The notes beneath the pieces are model-generated. The model worked only from the letters and a program-made list of their open reading frames with translations. It was not told where the DNA came from and searched no databases. DNA of 64,000 bases from Ascidiella aspersa. Its lineage: Eukaryota. The translations under genes were made by a program, and so were the position numbers. Shown here in pieces: positions 58,104-64,000 of this stretch; the stretch's first letter is position 1; each line of letters starts with the position of its first letter. The DNA lies in contig OZ004610.1 of the NCBI GenBank assembly GCA_963924565.1, positions 13,640,001-13,704,000 on the forward strand. Reading direction: 5' to 3'.

Positions 58104-61100
58104 CTACTGTAATTTAGAAGGTGTGGCTGTTGTCTGATTTAGCAACATCTGCTTGCGCTGTCTTGCAAAAATTTCTTTGGTAAAAATAGGTTCAGGCAAA
58201 ACAAGATACCTACAAAACTCTTTGTTTTTCACCTCCGCCTTTATGTTATACGCGGCAACTTCAACATCCTTCGGTACAAACAAATTGTTTCGCATTTTGT
58301 CGTCTTTGACCTGATTCATTGACACTTCAGTTCCGCCTTCGATGCACATTTTTGTAATATTGTCCCTAGCTTTTTGCAGTTCTGCGATGCTTCGATTCAT
58401 CCGGTTCAGTCCGTAGGCTTTAATTTTCCGCCAAAGAGTTCGATTGAAGTGATCAAACAGCGCCGCGTCCGCCTTGTTCCATTTGCGCGCCCCTGTACGA
58501 ATAGTTGCCTTTCTGTCGGAATCGACGTGACCTTGATGGCGCGCGTTCAAGGTCAAGCATGCGAGGTCTTGGATTGGCCAGCAGAGGGCCTCGCTGAGCA
58601 AAACCATTGACTCGTCGTAATGATCGGCGATCAAAACTAAATTGTACCTTTTCGATATTTCGGCGATTGTTTTTTGAACATAAGCTTTTTTTTCGTTCAT
58701 ATTGTCGTATCCAAAGTCAAAAGTGTTCGGGTTCTTCGCAAGTGCCCAGTATTTGCCTGTTTTGGTAAAGAGAACCTTGGCATTCTTAAGCCAGTATTCA
58801 GGCGTAGTTTTGGGAGGTACGCGGCGAAACGATTCTGTCACGTCACGGAAAAAATCGAAACATGATTCAAAATGCGCTCCGGGTTCGCGAATAATGGAGA
58901 AGAAGAAAGTGTCGGGCGGCATCACTGCTCTGACTTCGTCGTAGTTCGCTCGAATGTGCTGAGTCATGATGTTGAATTTGTTCCAATCTATGTTCGCAAG
59001 TAATAAAAGTACGGTTGTTCACTTTAGGTCTCATTGCTAACCATAAATAGTTTTTACCCCTAAACTGTCGGACTAAAAACGGCCTTCAAAATGCAAAGCC
59101 CAACATCTTTTTGACAGCATAGCTTTCTTTTTTAGAGGCGCCACATTTTAAAATACTGACCACGCCTACATACCGCATAAGAACCATAAAATTCATTACA
59201 TTTTTATTTAACCTCATAATTGTAAGTTCGTTTAAAGTATAAAATTGGTTAAAACACGATTGTATAGGGCTGCAGGTGGACAGTTGGTCGAAACAACAGT
59301 TGGCCGAAACATTTCTTACGCCTTTGGGAACAAAATATGCCATTCGACCATTAAGAGCGACAATAAGGAACTTAAACTACGTCCATCAATGTCCGAGACT
59401 CTCCTCGAACCCTACTTGACCGGACATTAGGCACTATTGAGTTTAAATCAACTATATTTTTTTACATAATAGAAATATGTATAAATCTGCTCTCGAAAAT
59501 TGCTGGAGAAGCGCTAATGGTAGATAAAATTAATACTGTTCCGAATTTTCGTCCTAGCTTTTGCGAAATTTAAATATGGAAAACCTAATTATATTTAAAA
59601 TGAAAAACCAAAGATAAATGGGTAAATGGATAATCAATTCCAACACGAAACTTTATCAACTGTTTAAAGAAATAGCATTTAAACCGCTTTTTTAGAGAGT
59701 ATTTTTTATGTTGACATAAAAGAAACCATAGAACACATTTTATCAACTTAGAAACACCCAAACGATTTTAGATTACTTTCTTTATGAAACACCATATTCC
59801 TTTTGAACATCCGCGGATAACCGAAGTTATGTTTGTTGACTGGCATGGCAAAAAACAGATGATATTTCTGGCCGTATCGAAACAAAATATTCTGCAAAGA
59901 AACATACAAATCTGGATTTACTAAATATTTAGGTATTTAAGGCGAAAGCTAGGTTTGCGGCTAGAGACGTTAGCAAGGTTTTTAGTTCATTTTCTAAAAT
60001 TTATAAAATCATATAAAATTGATTAAGGGGTCTCAAACTTAAGGTATATCCACCGACACTAAAGAGTCTCTTATAAGTGGTACGCGTCCACAAGTGACCA
60101 TAAACCACAGACCATAAAGGATCAAATTGTACTTTACTTGGGTGAGTGGTGTTTTCGGCTGTGAAACACAGTCATGAAAAGCAAAGAAATGGCATAGCGT
60201 ATACGTTAAAGATAGGCTTTAAACTTTTTTAGGACATGTTTAACCGAAAACCAAACTATATGTTAAAAAAGTGCCTTTCTTTTCATTTATGGGATACGCA
60301 GGCCGCTGTACCTGTACGGAGGTACCAGCAGTCTTGTGAGTTTTCAGAAAAAAAATGTTGTCCTTTCTTTTGCAAGTTCGTTGTTGAGACCTTTCTTCGT
60401 AAATTGATGTCATTTTTCTGAAAAAAGTACGTTTTTATTTCAATAGATTTTGTTTAACACAAAAAAATTTGAAATAGTAAAAATTCAAGAAATGGTAAAA
60501 ATTGCAGTACGACTGTCAAGTTAAAATTTCGTTCAAGATTTATGCTCTAAGAGTTCAAGCAAGCGAGGTTTATAATAATTTTCATTTTAGGGTACGTTTA
60601 CCTGGTAATGCTGTTCGATCATGTAGGCCTATCCAACGTGTCTAAAATAGTAATTAAAATTGGTACTTTTTTGTTAACGCCTTGTTCTCATCTGTTTCGA
60701 AACTAATTCCAAACAGAGTTGTGAGATATGTTGTCCTCCTATACCTGTTCGATAATCGAGTAGTCTCCAAGTATGCTATTTTCTCAGGTTTGTTGGTCGA
60801 TTGTACAGCAGGAAGCAGCTGACTTGTATTTGAAACAGCTTTTGGTTCGAGATTGTCAGCGTTTGTGGTTGTGCGAGCTACATCGTCTTTTGTAACGATA
60901 ATAGAACTTTGCCTGAAATGTAAACACGCAAACGAGTTACAACGAGAACACATGTATCAACTCTGTATGGTCGCAAACTAAGCTTATTTGGTCCGGGACA
61001 AAGAGTCCTTATCAAAGTGAGACCTGAGCCGGATTAAAGAGGCATAAAAATTTTACACTGAACTTTTCGCTAAATTAAAAGATGCTTCATTTTTAGTGCA

Positions 61101-61947
61101 ACAATCGTAATTTACTTTACAACTATCCCTAAAAATTTGGTCTAAGAAAACAAGTTGAAAAGATATGTTTAACGGCCTTGGGTCCGATACTTTACCGAAC
61201 TTCTTAAATAGTTACAATTTGTTTTACTATTAATTTTACAGTGCTTAATTTTTTATTTTCGAAAAGGTTAATTGTTATGCTTCCCTTAAGACTTTAGGAG
61301 TTAATCGACTGCCGAACAAAAGGAGGTGAGAAATTACACTGTGCTCGATTCTCCACCGGAGCGCGTGTGACTTCCTTGTTTGTCAGTCACGCCTAATGGC
61401 TTCGCGCATTATGTTTACCCACGCAAAATTTCGCAAAATATTTTATAAGGCCCTGAGAAATGTGCCCTGAGTTAGAGTTGGAAGAGTTAGAGAAAGCGTT
61501 AGAAGAGAATAGATAGTGCGATAGTTAAAGGAGAAAAGTTAGAGTTTTAAACATTTTAAAGAGGTCGCAAACTGAAAGATTGGAAGCCCTGATCTAAACA
61601 ATTGTGTGCATATTGCATTAAAGTTTTATTCCTATCTGCACGTGGAAAGTTTATTCGAATGGGTTATTTGAGTCTCCCCAAACATATAAAAAGGAAAAAT
61701 ACAGTTTAAAAATCATTTTTGGCGGCTGTTTGGCGGCATACAGACAGAAGCTTATTCCAATATATAAAATGTTTTTGGAAGCAATGAATTAATTGATTCT
61801 GAAATTTGTTATAAGACTGATATTTATTAGCCTATATTTACAGGTTTAAATTTATTACACTTACCAGACTTTATAGATGCTGAGAAGGATTATTGAAATA
61901 ATGCATATTTTTTGCAAATGCTTGTACTTGTTGTGAGACAAAAGCAT
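58104..61947 (-). CDS. GAL3ST: Galactose-3-O-sulfotransferase family (galactosylceramide sulfotransferase-like) type II Golgi membrane protein, 5 coding exons, 451 aa
   Basis: Exons 61947-61865, 60912-60745, 60417-60312, 59891-59777, 58987-58104; GT-AG and in phase (1356 nt). N-terminal signal anchor ICIISIILLSIYKVW, Thr-rich stem, 5'-PSB motif FFLKTHKTAGTSVQNILFRYG, 3'-PB motif FSIIREP..HFES, LVLIADHYDESMVLL...LCW and WN.AD..LFDHFNRTLW. Paralogue identity is unresolved. Confidence 0.93.
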
Positions 61948-63322
61948 TTTCTAAATCTTTATTAGGCATTCATGTAGCTCACTTTGATGCAAAGTCTCGA
62001 AATAGTCATTGCTTTGTCTATTGCTAAACATATAAAACGCGCTTGTTTTGGTTCAGAAAAAACCTTAAAAAGATCTTCGAAATCAACATGGCACACAGCC
62101 AAGGCTACCGTCAGGGGTGGCTGACCTAAATACACCCCCTCTCACTGCTTTGTCTTGCTCAAACTTTTTTTAAAACCTACAAATGTCTAAATGCTTATAC
62201 TGTTCATGTTTCACAACAACTTTCCCTTGACCAAACCCTCAACAATAGTTGTCGCCTGTAAGTATGGATTCGTCTACTTAGGCCGAGCCTCGGCCAAGTC
62301 AAATTCTGCTGTAGACATCTAGTCATGGATATAGTTTTGGGCAACCTGCTAAGCTATTCTTCATGTACTGGCGAACGCTTGCCGACACTCGCAGTGTTAT
62401 GTGCCCTGGAGGTATATTATTGATTGTCACACATGTTCTAGCAGTAGTAACTTTCTGGGAAGAGATAACTGCCAGTATCTCTGTAATAATGTAGTCCGCA
62501 ATCCTGTTCATACGTTGATTGATATTTTGGCGGATCATTCTGAAACCCTGTTGAATTGTTTGTTGTTGTGTGTGCGTTTTATACAGTTGTGATTAGTAGA
62601 ATACGCCGAATCTGTGTCGAATTTAAATATGTTCCTCAGTATGGTCAAATCGGCCTAGAAAGCGAAGCATCTTGTTGCTACTAAAAATATGAAAATTAAT
62701 GGCTTTCTCTGTAAGTGGACAGGGTTCTTTTGAAGCCCAGTAGAATTAAGTCCAATTTATCAGCTGCATTTTACTACCTCGTCGCTTTTTGACATGTGTT
62801 TTATATCGCATCTTATTTTTCTTTTGCACTCGTTTTGTTTTGTCCTTAAGTAAATAAACAATATGAAAATAAAAAAACACGAAAAAACACATGTTAAATT
62901 AATAGCTAATTATTTATGTCAGTTGAAACAGTTTATACCCTGTAGTTTTCAATCGTTTTATATGCTTCGTAGCATCTTTCACAGACACCGTCAACACTCG
63001 TGACCCTGTGGGGCACGAGTTTAGGTTGTTTACTCCTGACTCCAATTTTAAGTTGCGTGGGTTAACTCGTTAGCCAACCACAAGACGTACAGGTTATTAG
63101 AATTGTAATAGTTGATAAACAAACACCCAGTTCAAAACGATAGTCAGCGGACAAGTTAGCATATAGGAGATGCTACTTGCAAATATCAAAGCTGTAGACA
63201 GAAAACAAAGAAGAGATTGTTAACAAGCGGACCGCACAGAGAGAATGCAAGCCAGTAAGCACTTTACACTTTGGTGCGACAATAAACCTGTGGCATAAGC
63301 CGATACAGCGTAAATTGCACGG

Positions 63323-64000
63323 CAGGGTTGTTCAGATTTTGAAAATTTTTGAAAAGTTTAGCTAATCGAAGTTTTTCCCATGGTTTGGACCTTAAAAATA
63401 GGATTGACCCGAAAATGGGTCATGATTTCGCCTTCCTCAAAGCCCCCAAAGTTTAGCAGTTAAATCATCAAAATATGGGAATTCCCCTATTACGAAAACT
63501 TGCTAAATTGGCTCTATTGTTACTAAACGGTGGCAAATAGTATTGTAAAATTTTATTTGTAATACATCAACAACAAATACACATATTCAACACAAAGAAG
63601 CATTGAAAATTAGCTAAAAAATATTTTGCAATGATTGTTTTTTTAAATTCTGGAAACTATCACGAATTGCAGGAGGCTAGCATGCTGCCGTGCATCATCA
63701 GTGATGTTTGCTGGGTAATCGGTGTTTATCTTAACCATTCTCTCAGCAGCATCATTAACAACTTGACAGTATTTACAAAATGTTCTGCAACTTGGTAGTC
63801 TTTATCTTGCGGCCAGTCACAAACTGGAAGCCTCGGTATGTTGGTTAAACGCCTAGGGGGGAAAAAGAAACCAGGACACCTAGCCGACTAAATTTTCAAT
63901 TGTGGTGCTCTTTTGGACCCATCACTGACAAGTCCAGGGAAACTTTACTTGGCTTGGATGTATCCAAACTTTTCTTGCCAATGCCGCTTTCCTATCTTCG
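63323..64000 (-). mobile_element. Decayed hAT-group (hATm-like) transposon end with transposase C-terminal remnant, running off the window
   Basis: Minus-strand translation with one frameshift: DWPQDKDYQVAEHFVNTV(K)VVNDAAERMVKINTDYPANITDDARQHASLLQFV (about 63830-63661), matching the recalled VVNDxAERxVK..DY..ITxDExQ..LLQxV motif. Possible terminus CAGGGTTGTTC at 63323. Confidence 0.65.

Noticed and set aside
62323-62655. 71-aa minus-strand ORF with an upstream acceptor, 5' of GAL3ST
   Set aside because: No recognisable domain, and all frames from the acceptor close quickly; at most a non-coding exon.

Overview
AT-rich, intron-containing animal genomic DNA. It is most likely a tunicate/ascidian, which is an inference from composition, gene content and mosaic CpG depletion, not proof. 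I assembled four protein-coding genes by hand from GT-AG splice sites and reading phase: a 7-exon class III eIF4E (eIF4E3, + strand, 231 aa), a 16-exon OATP4/SLCO4-type transporter (- strand, 764 aa), a tomosyn/STXBP5 gene with an intronless coding region (- strand), and a 5-exon galactose-3-O-sulfotransferase (- strand, 451 aa). Introns and intergenic DNA hold many non-autonomous DNA transposons: hAT MITEs with 8-bp target-site duplications (TSDs), a three-level nest, two foldback elements with 7-bp TSDs, and two transposase remnants. There are also small inverted Penelope-like remnants carrying partial hammerhead motifs. The most unusual object is a 1.48-kb retrotransposed unit (9854-11335, - strand) bounded by a 15-bp TSD and a poly(A) tail. 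It encodes only a decayed L1/Tx1-type ORF1 protein and ends in a 68-nt structure with canonical box C/D kink-turn geometry. All family assignments come from recalled motifs; no searches were run.
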